Below are positions 27,032 to 39,735 of a stretch of 64,000 bases of DNA, piece by piece. Below the pieces are notes generated by a model. That model was not told the origin of the DNA. It did no database searches and was given only the letters and a program-made list of their open reading frames with translations. The position numbers were made by a program, and so were the translations under genes. How positions within the stretch are numbered: position 1 is the stretch's first letter; the number at the start of each line of letters is the position of its first letter. The stretch comes from Fimbriosthenelais zetlandica (taxonomy: Eukaryota): contig OZ365116.1 of NCBI GenBank assembly GCA_977030845.1, positions 2,294,001 through 2,358,000 on the forward strand. Reading direction: 5' to 3'.

Positions 27032-27582
27032 CCTTTATATAGCTGTGCCTCTGTACAGAGTTTACTTCCATCACTGCCTCCATCCTTGCCCTCTACCCAT
27101 CCTCGTGTCACAGATAATCTCACCCCCTCCCCCGCCCCCACCACTGATGGGTACACCTCTACTGTCCTATAATACACATCGCCTTCTCTAGGCTGGTAGA
27201 GTTCTATAGACGGTTGAGAGTTCCTGGATGACGACCTGCCCCCACCCTGCCCACCCTCCCTCACGACACTCAGTCTCCGGGGTTTGAGTCCCTCATTCTG
27301 CCCACCTGCCGGTTGACCTTGTTTGACCTTGGTTTGACCGCTAGGTGAGGCTGTCGTTGAGTGTCTCCTGCCCCCTCCCCCCTCAGATACAGCCCCTCCT
27401 AAAGTGGCGGTGGAATGTTTCCTCCCCCCTCCCCCCTCAGACACGACCCCTCCTAAAGTGGCGGTGAAATGTTTCCTCCCCCCTCCCCCCTCAGATACAG
27501 CCCCTCCTAAAGTGACGGTGGAATGTCTTCTACCTGCTGATCCCTCTGATGGAGTGACACTCGATTGTCTCCTGGCACTCAT
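27032..27582 (-). CDS. Putative alternative 5' exon of androglobin (about 183 aa, disordered, 18-aa repeats)
   Basis: The ORF 27028..27582 stop lies inside AAAGG|GTGAGG, a phase-2 donor compatible with the 24704 acceptor. It contains 54-bp coding repeats (TxTLGGxVSEGGGGRKHS). Confidence 0.6.
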
Positions 27583-29360
27583 TTTAAAGTGAAAATCAAT
27601 CAGAATATGATTAGGCTACAGCCTTTAATCCTTGAGTACTCGAACTAAAAGTTACAGGATCTCAATTTAAGATATTTTACTTTATCAGTTCATTCTGAGA
27701 TATATTCTACCGTTATATCTATTCCTATGATCCTATGATCCCAACAAACGACTTAGCTCTTTCGCTACTTTCAATTTTTCCTCCAGACGTTATCCAATTA
27801 GTTAGTTACTTAATGTGTCCACACTCCCCTAGAAAATGTGACGTATTAAAATCCACATTACTGAGTCATTTCTAGGTACTGTTCTTCCATGCATGAACTT
27901 ATTTAAAATAATCCAGCTGGCTTAGAGAAACCTTGTGAAGACTTATCTAGAACTAGTATTTTAACTGAACTCTTATTGTTCTACCTTCACCTGAGATGGT
28001 GGGGTAGGCTACTAGTGATACTTCACCTTATTGATGGACTTAAGAAACCACCAGGTGGAACTAAAGGCTCACTCTCACTACACCCCACACCCACCCCTTT
28101 AACAGGCTAACTCCAGGCTAGCTGTGAATGTTAGTATTAAGTGTGTGGGGAGAGGGAGGAGTGTTTGTCCAGGTTGATGGAGTGGAGGGAGACCAGCTCA
28201 CTATCTCTAACTATTGTTGATGTTAGATCTACCATTAATGACTGATTTACATTGTGCCCACCACAAAATACCAGGTGAAGTGGACGGTCAATACTCTACT
28301 CATACACCATACACCACCTCTCTCCTATAAGTCTTCCCTAGGGGCATTCATTATCTTATCTCTCCCCAAGGACATAGGTGTTCCCCAAGGGAATTATTTT
28401 TCATTGAGATTATATGAGGGAAACCTCTTTTTATTTTATCTGATTTGTTTTCAACACTTTTCTTTCTTTCTCCCCACCTTTCTCTTTTAATACATAATTT
28501 ATTATGGGGTGATTTTTCATTCTGATAAGACCTCTCCAGGTAGTTCAATATGCATGTAACCCAACTATGGGACAAAGATAAAAAAATACATGCTGAATCG
28601 TATAGACTATAGAGCCTAATAGCGGCTGTAGATTGAATGGAGAAACAAGTAGGCCTATTGTTATTATTGACAGATATGGGTACATACTAATCGATGAGTT
28701 AGTAGAGTTATGTAATTGGTGTGAGGAGAGATCAGATCAATGTAACCAGGATGTAGATGTATACAGGTGGCTGGTAGAACACGTCACAACAAGTCATTAA
28801 AGCTAGACTAGCCACACACCCAGCTTTAACCACCATCTCCCCAGCTTGTCATCATACATTAATCCCATTTGATATACCAATACCAATATTTAGATATATA
28901 TAGTGACATTAAAATGGCGTACAATTTCATATAGAAAAGTATACTATCAGCATATTCTCTTCGGATATAGTTTTATATTTGGTTTAGCGATATTGAGTGT
29001 AGGGATATTCCCCCTCATGATTCTTTTAGGAATTATAAATGTATAGTGAATTTAAAAAAAGATGATGGTGAATTCTCACAGGGCCTGAGACCATAGGAAT
29101 TGTCCATGGCCTTATAATATCAGTACACACTGAATTCCTCCAGGGCATGGACGTTCCCAGAGGTAGGCCTAATAAAGGGGTTAGGGTTCCATCCTCTCTG
29201 CTGGAGGTTCACAATCTGATTCATGTGAGAAGTGACAGGGGCGCCACAAGCCGGACTAACACTAGCTCCATGTCGCCCTCTAGTAGACAACAGGGGAACT
29301 ATACTCAAAGTGCGATTTAAGTGGAGGTATAGAACTAGAGAGTTCTAGTATTAACGGACA

Positions 29361-29925
29361 TATAATAACTTATGTGTAGCTCCATCTAAAGCCTGTTTTG
29401 TGGAGGTATTAAAGGGACATATGGTAACTTAGTGTAGCCCCCTCTAGCGCATGTTTATGGAGGTATTAAAGGGACATATGGTCACTTACGTGTAGCTCCA
29501 TCTAGCGCCTGTTTTATGGAGGTATTAAAGGGAGATATGGTAACTTACGTGTAGCCCCCTCTAGCGCCTGTTTTGTGGAGGTATTAAAGGGACATATGGT
29601 CACTTACGTGTAGCTCCATCTAGCGCCTGTTTTATGGAGGTATTAAAGGGACATAGGGTAACTTAGTGTAGTCCCCTCTAGCGCCTATTTTATGGAGGTA
29701 TTAAAGGGACATAGGGTAACTTAGTGTAGTCCCCTCTAGCGCCTGTTTTGTGGAGGTATTAAAGGGACATATGGTAACTTACGTGTAACCCCCTCTAGCG
29801 CCTGTTTTGTGGAGGTATTAAAGGGACATATGGTAACTTACGTGTAGCCCCCTCTAGCGCCTGTTTTGTGGAGGTATTAAAGGGACATAGGGTAACTTAC
29901 GTGTAGCCCCCTTTACCGCCTGTTT
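29361..29925. repeat. 58-59 bp x~10 minisatellite containing an exon end and 5' splice site
   Basis: GGTAACTTACGTGTAGCCCCCTCTAGCGCCTGTTTTGTGGAGGTATTAAAGGGACATAT units abut and overlap the 29901 exon end. Confidence 0.95.
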
Positions 29926-30776
29926 TGCCTAGAGATGACTCACGACCCAGTCTACTGGGCCCCGTCCTGGCCGCCGTGACGTCATCACGCTGATGACCCA
30001 GGCGGCTCGTCATCTGACTCGTCATCCGTCCGCTCTCCACCTTACTTCCCTCTACTTCACCTCTACTTCCTCTCCTCACTTTCTCATGTTCCTCGCTTGT
30101 CTCAAAGCTGCCTTTTCTGGACGACGAGTCGCTATCAGTGGATCCCTGTTTCTGTGTCGCTAACTTTCTCCATCTGTCCACTGAACCTCCACCGCCATCT
30201 GAACCATTACTCGCTGCTTTATTGTCGCTCCCATTACTATTTGTTCTTATAATGGCAGGAAGGGGAATCAATGTTGGATCTTTATTGTCGGTGCCATTAC
30301 TATCTGTTCTTGTAATGGCAGGAAGGGGAATCAATGTTGGATCTTTATTGTCGGTGCCATTACTATCTGTTCTTGTAATGGCAGGAAGGGGAATCAATGT
30401 TGGATCTTTATTGTCGGTGCCATTACTACCTGTTCTTGTAATGGCAGGAAGGGGGATCAATGTTGGATCTTGTAATGATCCATCACCTACATTCTGTCCG
30501 TCAGTACCAGTTTTATCATTGAGCACGTTGTGTTGGGTGGGTTGACGCTCTGGTTGTGAATCCTCGCGTCCATCTATTGGTAGTTTGGATGTCTCAGCAG
30601 GCACACTGCCCTCACCTGGCCGCCTTGATTCAGTAATCGCCGGTAGGGAGGGGTGTGTAGGTGTGATCCTGGTCACGTGTACATCAGGTGAAGGTGTTGG
30701 TGATTCCTCCAGTACCTCCAGGCTGGGTAAGAATGGTTTAGCCATCCTCTCCTGAGGCGAGATGACAACTCTCGTC
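29901..30776 (-). CDS. Putative upstream exon of androglobin long isoform (ATG at 30745; disordered, 21-aa repeats)
   Basis: ttttAG acceptor at 30777; TACAC|GTAAGT phase-2 donor at 29900; 876 nt open frame (multiple of 3); four 63-bp repeats (DPTLIPLPAITRTDSNGTDNK). Confidence 0.65.
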
Positions 30777-30780
30777 CTAA

Positions 30781-30930
30781 AATCACCAATATATGTATCC
30801 CCGATATATCTCCGATATATGGCAGGCTTGATGCAAACTTAAATCACCAATATCTCAGATATATGACAGGCTTGATGCAAACTAAAATCTCCAATATCTC
30901 AGATATATGACAGGCTTGATGCAAACTTAA
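30781..30930. repeat. About 43 bp x3 tandem repeat upstream of the 30776 acceptor
   Basis: AATCACCAATATCTCAGATATATGACAGGCTTGATGCAAACTTA. Confidence 0.8.
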
Positions 30931-32887
30931 ATGGCCTCAAAAGCAAGACATGTGTCATTCATTCATTCCCTTATGAGACATATCACGATTTGAAAAAGAA
31001 CTTATAAATGATCCATTTAGCCTACTGAGAAATTCACAGATTTTGAATCCTTCCCATGCAAGACATAACAAAATCATGCGTGTGCAAATAATACATTCAT
31101 GTTTGTGGCCGACCTGGGTCTTATATACATGTGTTGATAAACATACCCATGTAAAGTGAGTTTGATTTGAAATTGTGAGTTCTCAGTTGAGATGCGGAGT
31201 CAGATGTAATCCATTTAATATTCGTTGAAACGTAGCTGAAGATGGAGCCTTTACCACGATGTAAGCTCATGCAAAGTACATTCTATAACCGTATAAGTTG
31301 CTGTATACTTTATGTCAGTTGAAACTTGAAACATGATATAATGAAGACATGCAGTGTATGTGAGAGCAGCCCTAGTCCAATCATCAACTCACATCTCTAT
31401 GGACTTAGTTTCTTGCAATTTCTTGCGTCTGTTGAACTTCCCGTACATTCTTCTACTTCTAAGGCCTGCTGTAGCGTCTAATACTTACTTCTCCATGGGA
31501 TAAAATGATACCAAAAATTATTAAATCATCCAAAATATCCCGATACTGGTGTTATGATATTTGCTTGCGGAGTAATTTCCATGTAGGGTATGTTACAATC
31601 CTATAGTTAAACTTTGGTAATCCAATATGAAGTGAAGTCAGTGTGGGATGCTGGTTTGATTGCTATGTCACGCTTGCCTTATTAGCTGCTACACGTATAG
31701 TTAGTGTACTAGAGTTGGCTGGTAGAACCAGACTGCAGCCTCGGGAGGTTTAGGGAGGCTGGGAGGTGAATGGCATGTAAGTATGTGGTGATGTGTGTGT
31801 TATTGAGTGGTAGGATGAGCTGGGTCCCGGGGGGTCCCGGGGGTCCCGGGGGTCCCGGGGGGTCACTCACACTGGTACATACTAATCATACACATCCACG
31901 CTCCATTCATTATAAAGGGGTTGAATCCATGCAGGTGCATGGGTCCCTATATCAGAAAAGTAGCCCCTATATCAGAAAGGTAGATGGGGCCATTGGGGGC
32001 CCGGCCAGAATCCCCTCTGTGTCCATCCAACGAGAGTAAAATAAAGCTTTATTTCCATCAGAAAGATTGGTGGGAACAGGGCCAGGACTCCATCTATTAG
32101 AGATGGTTGTTATGTCGCTTAAATGTTTAAGCTGAACCGCAGCCCTTACGTCTACTTTCCCCCATCCCACCCCAATTTGGCAACCTTCTTATACAGAAAA
32201 ACATCAGTTAACTTGAAATTCAAAAAAAATACCGGGGTTGCCACCCCCGCCCCGATCACCCCAACTTTACACATCCTAGATCTACCCCTGATTACGTAAT
32301 CCTCCCTCCCACCCTACGCTAATCCACCCACCTCCTAATCCCGCTAAACCCGTCCATCTCATGATAATCCAGGCTGCTCCTGGCCCATACTAAAGCCGCT
32401 ATAGATTCATATAATCCCTCAAATATTTACCAAATAAATTCACCAAACATTTTGAGAGGGAAATACCCTTCCTGATTCAGTAAATATGTATTTAGAGAAC
32501 TTAGAATCTTTACTCCAGCAATAGGACGAAGCAAATAGCAACAGGGGAAGTTCAATTGTCTATATTTCTTACAATTCATGATGCAGGATAAAATCACATT
32601 CTACCTACCTCTTACCTCCCCCACTTTTTATAACTAGTTTAGGCCATGTTTTTCTTCAAATAGCTTTGTAGCTGGAATGTTAGCAGTTGTAGTTTTAAAT
32701 AATTGAACTCCTTTAATGGAGGTTATCTAAAGATATTGATTTTTTCAAAAGCTGTTTCGATTAGTACCGGATTGAATTGATCCCCAGGTGTAGAGAGGGA
32801 CCCCCGGCTTTGTTTAATATCATGATAAGGTTAGTTAGACCATATGGTAGGTGGCGGCTTGGTGGCGTGCTACGACAACAAGTGTTT

Positions 32888-32901
32888 GTTCCCATAGCAA
32901 C
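32888..32901. promoter_or_regulatory. Perfect RFX X-box
   Basis: GTTCCCATAGCAAC matches GTHNYY-AT-RRNAAC; lies 2.1 kb upstream of the 30776 exon. Confidence 0.5.
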
Positions 32902-34046
32902 ATTCAATATGTTGAGAAGTGATGGAAGTGATGAAAAATACACTTATAAATGATATCAGGTGTTTACAGTGGCTGGGAAGTTAAAAACAAAAAAGTACGA
33001 ACACTGATTGCAAGGCATCAAAATGTAGAAATCAATACAAAATATAAATGAACAGAGTCAGAAAAGTCCTGCTGACTGGAGAGTTAAAGATTCCTGAAGA
33101 GGGTATAGAGAGGGGTGAAATGTGGAGATTTAAATCAATAACTTGTTTAAAAAACCAAAAGTTTAAACACAGAGAATCCTTGTAGAAGGCTAGGAAAGTG
33201 AAATAGAGATACCGAGGTCGAAAAGCAAAATATTTTAGATTTAAAAAGGTATGTTTTACTACAGAGGATGTCAGTAGATTGTTCACACTGGCCCCTCACT
33301 TTACATTTAATTTAAATGTTGAATCACGACCACCACGGAATTCTGTTTTCGGACTTTGAAACTTTCATGAACACCCAGTCAGAGAAATGATCGTGAATTA
33401 GATATACAATTAGATATACAAGGTGGGCGCCTATACTGTACATGTGCACGCTCTCTCCATGTTCTACTATAGGAGAAATGCTCTATTCTCGCGTCAATAT
33501 TCAGATTATAGGAGAGTGAAATTCAAGATAACGTGGTCGATAATATTTTAAATTGAAAAGTATATTTTTTATAATAAAAAAAAACCTCTTTTAGGTCACC
33601 TTCTCTACAATCTATTTAGAACTAAGCCCTTCTAACCTTCTGATGAAACCAACACTGGGAAACTGGTTTAAAATTATATAAATAAAACTATAAATGGTAT
33701 TATGAAGTAAGAGTGAACTTTAACAATGATAGGACTACCTACCGGGAAGCCTTTGACAGTCTCCCTGCCTCTTCTATAGAAGGTAGAGAGGATCTAGTGA
33801 GAGAAGTAGACGCTCTCCGTCCCTGACTCCCTCCCACCATGGCTACTGGAGGTGTGAACTACCCACCCTGGATGATCGGGGTGGTGGTAGGTACAGGAAC
33901 GACCAAATAGTGATCACCGATCCAAGTACGACCAAACGGTGAACACAGCTCACTAATATCCACCCTGGAGGAGGGGATGGTGGTAGGTACAGGCACGACC
34001 AAATAGTGATCACCACTCACTAATCTCACTCTCTATATGATTAGTG

Positions 34047-34180
34047 TAACCAGGAACTCACTAAAACGACCATCTCACTATGTGACCACTATACATGGTC
34101 AGAACCAAATGTTTTAACACCACTAAAATACACAGTACTCAGTAAATCGACTATCTCATTATCTGTGACCACTGAATGGT
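34047..34180. mobile_element. Truncated copy of the same MITE family
   Basis: CTCACTAAAACGACCATCTCACTATGTGACCAC...AGAACCAAATGTTTTAACACCACTAA shared with the 22.5 kb and 49.3 kb copies. Confidence 0.6.
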
Positions 34181-36269
34181 AATATCACTAATGGGACGGT
34201 GTAAAATGGTCTATTAAGTAAGGCACAGTGGAATGTAATCTATTACATATCACTCATAGAAAGCTATTGATTCAATGGTTGCTAGAAACATGACAAAAAA
34301 ACTTAGATCTGAGCTACTGGAACCGTGAACCCTGGCCCTGTATTTGTGTGGAAATTAAGATAAGAATTTCGTTTGAAAGTGATTGGATGGAGCTATCAGC
34401 ATTCATATTATATCTCATAGGAAATAAAAATGTAATCATATTATATATATAGGAGCTAAAGAACCCGACAAATACTCACAGTTTCATTCCGCCAGATGGT
34501 TTGAACACTTTCTTTAACTTATCCATAATATAGACGGGTTATATTATATTGTAGCCTAACTCTCCGTGTCATATATCCTGCTCCTTTCTCGTACCTTATA
34601 TGTTTCACACAGTAGTTGTTTCTCTTGTACATGTGAACTAGTCTTAGTAAAGCGCCTGAAAGTACCTCAAATAACAAAGGGCTGGGTTATTACAGGGGGT
34701 TGGGGGTTATAACAGGGGGTTGGGGGAGTTTGGGAGATTGTACATTTAAGCCCCAGATACAGGTATTTTATAATAGTTCTCAGCTAAGCTACTGACATTT
34801 TTGGTTGAGGAGAAATGATCCTCTAGGGTCTATAAGACCGCGTTACTCTCATACCCCACAATAATAACATGCATCTAGAAGTACCCATTACACAGAAGGC
34901 AATGTAGTAATGCATTTAGAAAGAGTCCCAGCTGAAAATCATACGAGAAACTTGAGTAATCAAGAGTGTGAGCTGGTATTCACCCATAACAGGCTCTATA
35001 CAAATTCTAACTAAAAAAAATCAAAAAATCTACAGACCTAAATATAAACTTCAATCTCCAGTCTCTCTCTTTACATGTGTATATAATACATCTCTGTTTC
35101 TGTCTCATATCTCACTGTCTCTCTAACTCTGGCTCTGACTTCTCCGTCTCTGTCGTGAATTCTTTCTCTCCCCATCTCTTTCTTTCCCTCTCTCCTATCT
35201 TTACCCTTCTTTCACTCTGTCTCTGTCTTTCTCGGGCTGTTTTCTGTCCATTCCCCCCCCCCCCCCTCTATCCCTTTCCACACTCTGTTCCTCTCTTCCT
35301 GGGTCTCTAAACTGTCATTATAATCACGGTATAGTAAGATAGAGTAAATGACTTACAGTGATATTTTCCTCACTGACTTCCATGCTGATGATCCAGATCT
35401 CTTCATGATTTCCGTCATTGTGGATACACCTCGTGTAATATTATTTTATTATATTCTGTGTGATCTACTCACACATATTATACACACTATAATAGACTAT
35501 AATATACACACTTCTCTGATCTCTACACTCATTATTACCCTCATTAATCATTCCTGTCTCACTCAGTGACAAATCTACAGACATGGAAATGATAATATTA
35601 TAATATACTTTACTTTGTACTTTAATTATTATTCTCTTATGAATATACACATTAATATGTCCTCATAAAATGGATTAAAATGCACGGTAACTTAAACAAT
35701 TTTTTTTACATTGGTATATACGATTAATATAGATATAAATACGATATATTGTGATATGAATGTAATAGTTGTGGGGACGGGTGTGGTATTATATTTATAT
35801 CTACCGTGTACGGTTGTCTATAATCATTATAGATCTCTATTATAACTCAGCTATAAGTCCGTTTATAATCATTATAGATCTCTATTATAACTCAGCTATA
35901 AGTCCGTTTATATTAAAAGTCATCTCATAAATACCGTTTGATTAATTACCTTCCAGCTAGTCCCCTTTTTTACTCGTATTTAATAGATTATAAGTTACAT
36001 TGCTTTTATCGGAGATATCATTATGTCTTGGAGGTGTTTCTATGGGCTTATTTCAAACCATTCCACAATAACCTATAAAGTTTTCAGTGTCAATATACCG
36101 TACCTTGGTTTGTTTAGGACGTATGTTCTTTGTTCCCATTTAATTCTGTCCTTCCTGCAATAAATCATAACATAGTAATTACATCTATTAATTAAATCAA
36201 ATATATTACATTTACGATTTCAAACATAGCCTAAATAAAATACACAGTTGGCAGGGAATTAATTGCCCT

Positions 36270-36350
36270 CTTGTCGTGCGCCCTGCACACATAGTGGCGT
36301 GTCGCAGTGCCATGTCAGAGTTGAGGGTTCGAACCCTGCTAGCGGTCATC
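36270..36350 (+). mobile_element. tRNA-derived SINE head (degenerate)
   Basis: TAGTGG A-box-like motif at 36292 and AGGGTTCGAACCCT B-box hairpin at 36324-36337. Confidence 0.4.
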
Positions 36351-36699
36351 ATTTTTCACTCAGTTTAATCAAAGCTCATCCCTCCTCTTTCTGCCGGGTG
36401 AGCATATAGATCACAGGTATACGGTGATAAAACTAGTATAGTATGACCCGCCATGACCACCGCAACGACCAAGCGGGGGTGGATGCGGGTGTTTGTCACA
36501 TAATAGCCATAATAATGTTCCCCAACAAGCCTACAGCTTGTTTACCTCCCGCCAAGGCCAAGCACCAAATGACGAACACAATTATTACTTGATTCCACAT
36601 TTTGTGTCTATCCTCGGCTGCTAGGGACTGAAAAAGCTCCCCGCCCTCCCCCATTCCCTGTGGAATGATGTCTACATGCTTCCATTGAACAGTAACCTA

Positions 36700-37075
36700 T
36701 ACTCAATCATTTTGCCGAACGTTGGTTCGCAAAGTAACGTCCGCCATATTGTTTTCACTTCGGACAGTCCGGTTGCTATATTTCCACGTGACCGGAAATC
36801 GCTGACCGACCGCATCAATTATAACCACCGCAACGACCAAGCGGGGGTGGAGAGCGGGGTAGAGAGCGGGGGGGGGGGGGCTTGTCACATGTTCCCCAAC
36901 AATCCTACAGCCTCTCTTAATACAGCAACGACTTATGGAGGTCTTTATGTTTTGAAACAGATCCTGAGGCTGTGATGAGAGATCAGAAGCAGAGTAGGAG
37001 CAGAGCAGGAGCAGAGCTGGCCATTGTTTACATCTTACGTCACAGCCTTCTGACAGACAGGTCATGGTAAGTACT
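36700..37075. promoter_or_regulatory. CpG-rich promoter-like region
   Basis: YY1 CCGCCATATT (36741), CACGTGAC and ACCGGAAAT (36785-36799); plus-strand ATG|GTAAGT at about 37066-37074. Confidence 0.4.
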
Positions 37076-38850
37076 CTTACATAATGATTGTCTTATATTT
37101 TTATATTTACAGGTATTTTTCAGCATCACTGATTTGTATTGATTCTACTGTTTACTGTTATTATTTACATGCATGTTCATGAATGATTACCACCTTTGAT
37201 GTGTGATTTGTTTCTCCTCAATGAACCTCACGCTGTTTTGATGGTTTAATCCGTTTGGATTAGGCCTCATACATGTATGTTTATGTCAATGTTTTCTCAC
37301 GTCCACGGGAATAATGCCCGTGGATATGCCGCATATACTACCAATATTTAACATCTAGATCATAACAATGGTTCACCTATGACCTTATCATTTAGAATGC
37401 TTGTAGCGCCCCCACCCCGCCCACCTTGACACTAACCTTGACACTAACCTTGGCTCAGTCATTTTGTTATTAAATGAATCAGTTATTAAATAAATCACTA
37501 GGGGGCAGTAGCGTACCATTAATATCTATCCCTTGCCCTAATCTGCCCTATAGGTCAGTATTCCCCAGAAACGGCATGAAATCTGTGCATGGTCTATTCC
37601 ATATATAACAAACATAGGCTACGATATAATTATGTTTCATGACAATACTTTAGGCTATGATTATACAACAGGCCCCGTATAAATATGCTATATATTTGAC
37701 AGGATATTTTCTTAAGAAACGGTCCTTGAGGTATAATGTGATAATATATTCTTACGCTTGTCCCTTCTGTACGGCAGCACGGCTAGCTAGATCACGTGAT
37801 CCTTTCATCTTGTGGAGGATAATCCGTTCATCCAGCGTTAATCCTAATCCACACTTTAACACGTTAATCTCTATTGGTGGGTCTTATACTTTAACTAGCG
37901 ACAGAGCTGGTGATTCAAGTAGAGGGTGATAGGTGATGTCCACTACTTGGTCAGCACCTTCATTCATCTCCCCCTCTCAGACTCAGGTCTAGTGGTCAAG
38001 AAATGACCAGTGGTCACGTGATATTACAGGTGTAGACCAATAAGGGATGGTATATAACTATGTGTTGATTAATTTATTTCCCAGTATAATTTTCTTTCAC
38101 CCCCATTCACAATATTATCATAAACCCAGTCCGGTCATTCACTAAGCTAATATTTGTAGTAAATCGTTACTACATGGCTTATTAATAAATCCAACTGATT
38201 CTCTCAATCAAACAAATGTATAACCCTAGACCCTGCTTTGTTTTAAATTGCTTTTATTAAAACTCAGCGTTTCCAAATCTAATTTGAGATAATAATAAAT
38301 ACTAAGATAGATACATAATACCTCATAACTGCTTGTATTTTTGACAAGAGATATCCAAGATTTAAAAAAAGTAGAATAGACATAATCAGTATGAAGTACA
38401 AAGTTAGATACTAGAGCCAAATTAAAATACCATCGCTCAACCATACTTTAAAAAAACTAGCTTAATTAACACTCTGTGCAGAGTACATGTATGTCGATGA
38501 TAAATGCATTTAATCCATGTCAGATACAATGCTTTTACATGAGAGTACATGATGTAAACAAACATCTAGGTTCATCTCATCCTGTCAAGTACTATAGGCC
38601 TATATTATATCAACCAATCCTTATATTAGTAAAATGAAAACGTGCCAGTAGGTTCACAAAGCAAAGATGCACATGGCAATTAAAGTTAAAAAATAATAGA
38701 CACATTTATGAAGAATGTGTATCAGAAAATAATAGTTAACATTTTAAAAACTAGTTTTTCATGCATACTCATGTTTTGACAATTTTACATGAAGCTCCAC
38801 GAGTTTAGCTATATTTGGTGAGTATAAGGTGTATCAGAATATTATGATAT

Positions 38851-39735
38851 TTAGCTATATTTGGTGAGTATAATAGGACCAGTGGAGACTGTCTGACAGC
38901 TAACATCAGCAGTCCTCAACCCCCCACTCCCCGGACCATGTGTTGACTGACCACTACTCCGTAACAACTGATCAAAATCACTCCCCGCATCACAACCATC
39001 ACTATCTAGTCTAGCAAGCTTATAACTGTTCAGTCTTATGTCAGTTCGCGCATGAACATAACTATAAACGTTTGGGCCTTCCATGGGCCACACTACTAAG
39101 GCCCTCCATTTAGGCAAACGGAACCGCTCTATGAAAGAGAGATTATCATTATCAGAGGGAAAGCTGTGAGGTACAGCAATGTAAGTCACTTGACTTCTGA
39201 CTTTTAACTTGTAGTCAAGATGGCATGTGCGACCTGGTTCAACAGGTATATGTACAGCCTCATCTGAGAAATATACGCGTTCACCACTTCCTAAAATATG
39301 ACCAGAATACCTTTCATCTTGTAAAGTGTCAATCTTCGTCACCACACCAACTGACGGAGCAGACTTCAGGCACACAGTCTCTGAGCTCACAGTAAAGATG
39401 TTGTACTTGTTCAGTAACATTCTGAGGTCAGTCTCTGATCGGAGAAACTGGCGACTTTTCGGTTGCTGAAAATGTAATTGTTCTAGAATCATCCGTAGAG
39501 ATGTTTCCTCAATCTGATGTAGGGAGAACGCTACATGTGCCAGAGTAGCATGCTCATCTTCAGGCTCAAATGTAGCAGTATCCACTGAAGGACTTGATGT
39601 ATTGTCATTTTCTGAGATTTCTCTGTTTGGAGTATTGCTTGTATCCAAAGAATCCAGCTCTGTATTAGTGCAGGCTGTAGACAATGACATGAAGGAAGGA
39701 CATCTGTCCTTGTCAGGTTCTACCTGCCCGTCCAT
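38851..39735 (-). CDS. Tandem truncated paralog of the 1561-aa gene (one winged-helix + one OB-like domain + CQT tail), 294 aa; may be a pseudogene
   Basis: aa 46-294 align to aa ~1325-1561 of the large ORF (HATLAHVAFSL...TGPIILTKYS). aa 24-43 align to aa 800-819 (NTELD...EISEN). DNA similarity runs about 25 nt past the stop. Confidence 0.75.
   Translation of the reverse strand: MDGQVEPDKDRCPSFMSLSTACTNTELDSLDTSNTPNREISENDNTSSPSVDTATFEPEDEHATLAHVAFSLHQIEETSLRMILEQLHFQQPKSRQFLRSETDLRMLLNKYNIFTVSSETVCLKSAPSVGVVTKIDTLQDERYSGHILGSGERVYFSDEAVHIPVEPGRTCHLDYKLKVRSQVTYIAVPHSFPSDNDNLSFIERFRLPKWRALVVWPMEGPNVYSYVHARTDIRLNSYKLARLDSDGCDAGSDFDQLLRSSGQSTHGPGSGGLRTADVSCQTVSTGPIILTKYS

Noticed and set aside
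33636-33672. Hammerhead ribozyme (CTGATGA...GAAAC)
   Set aside because: Stem II closing pair and stems I/III cannot be formed; the 48-bp CTGATG array at 2631 also lacks the GAAA core.
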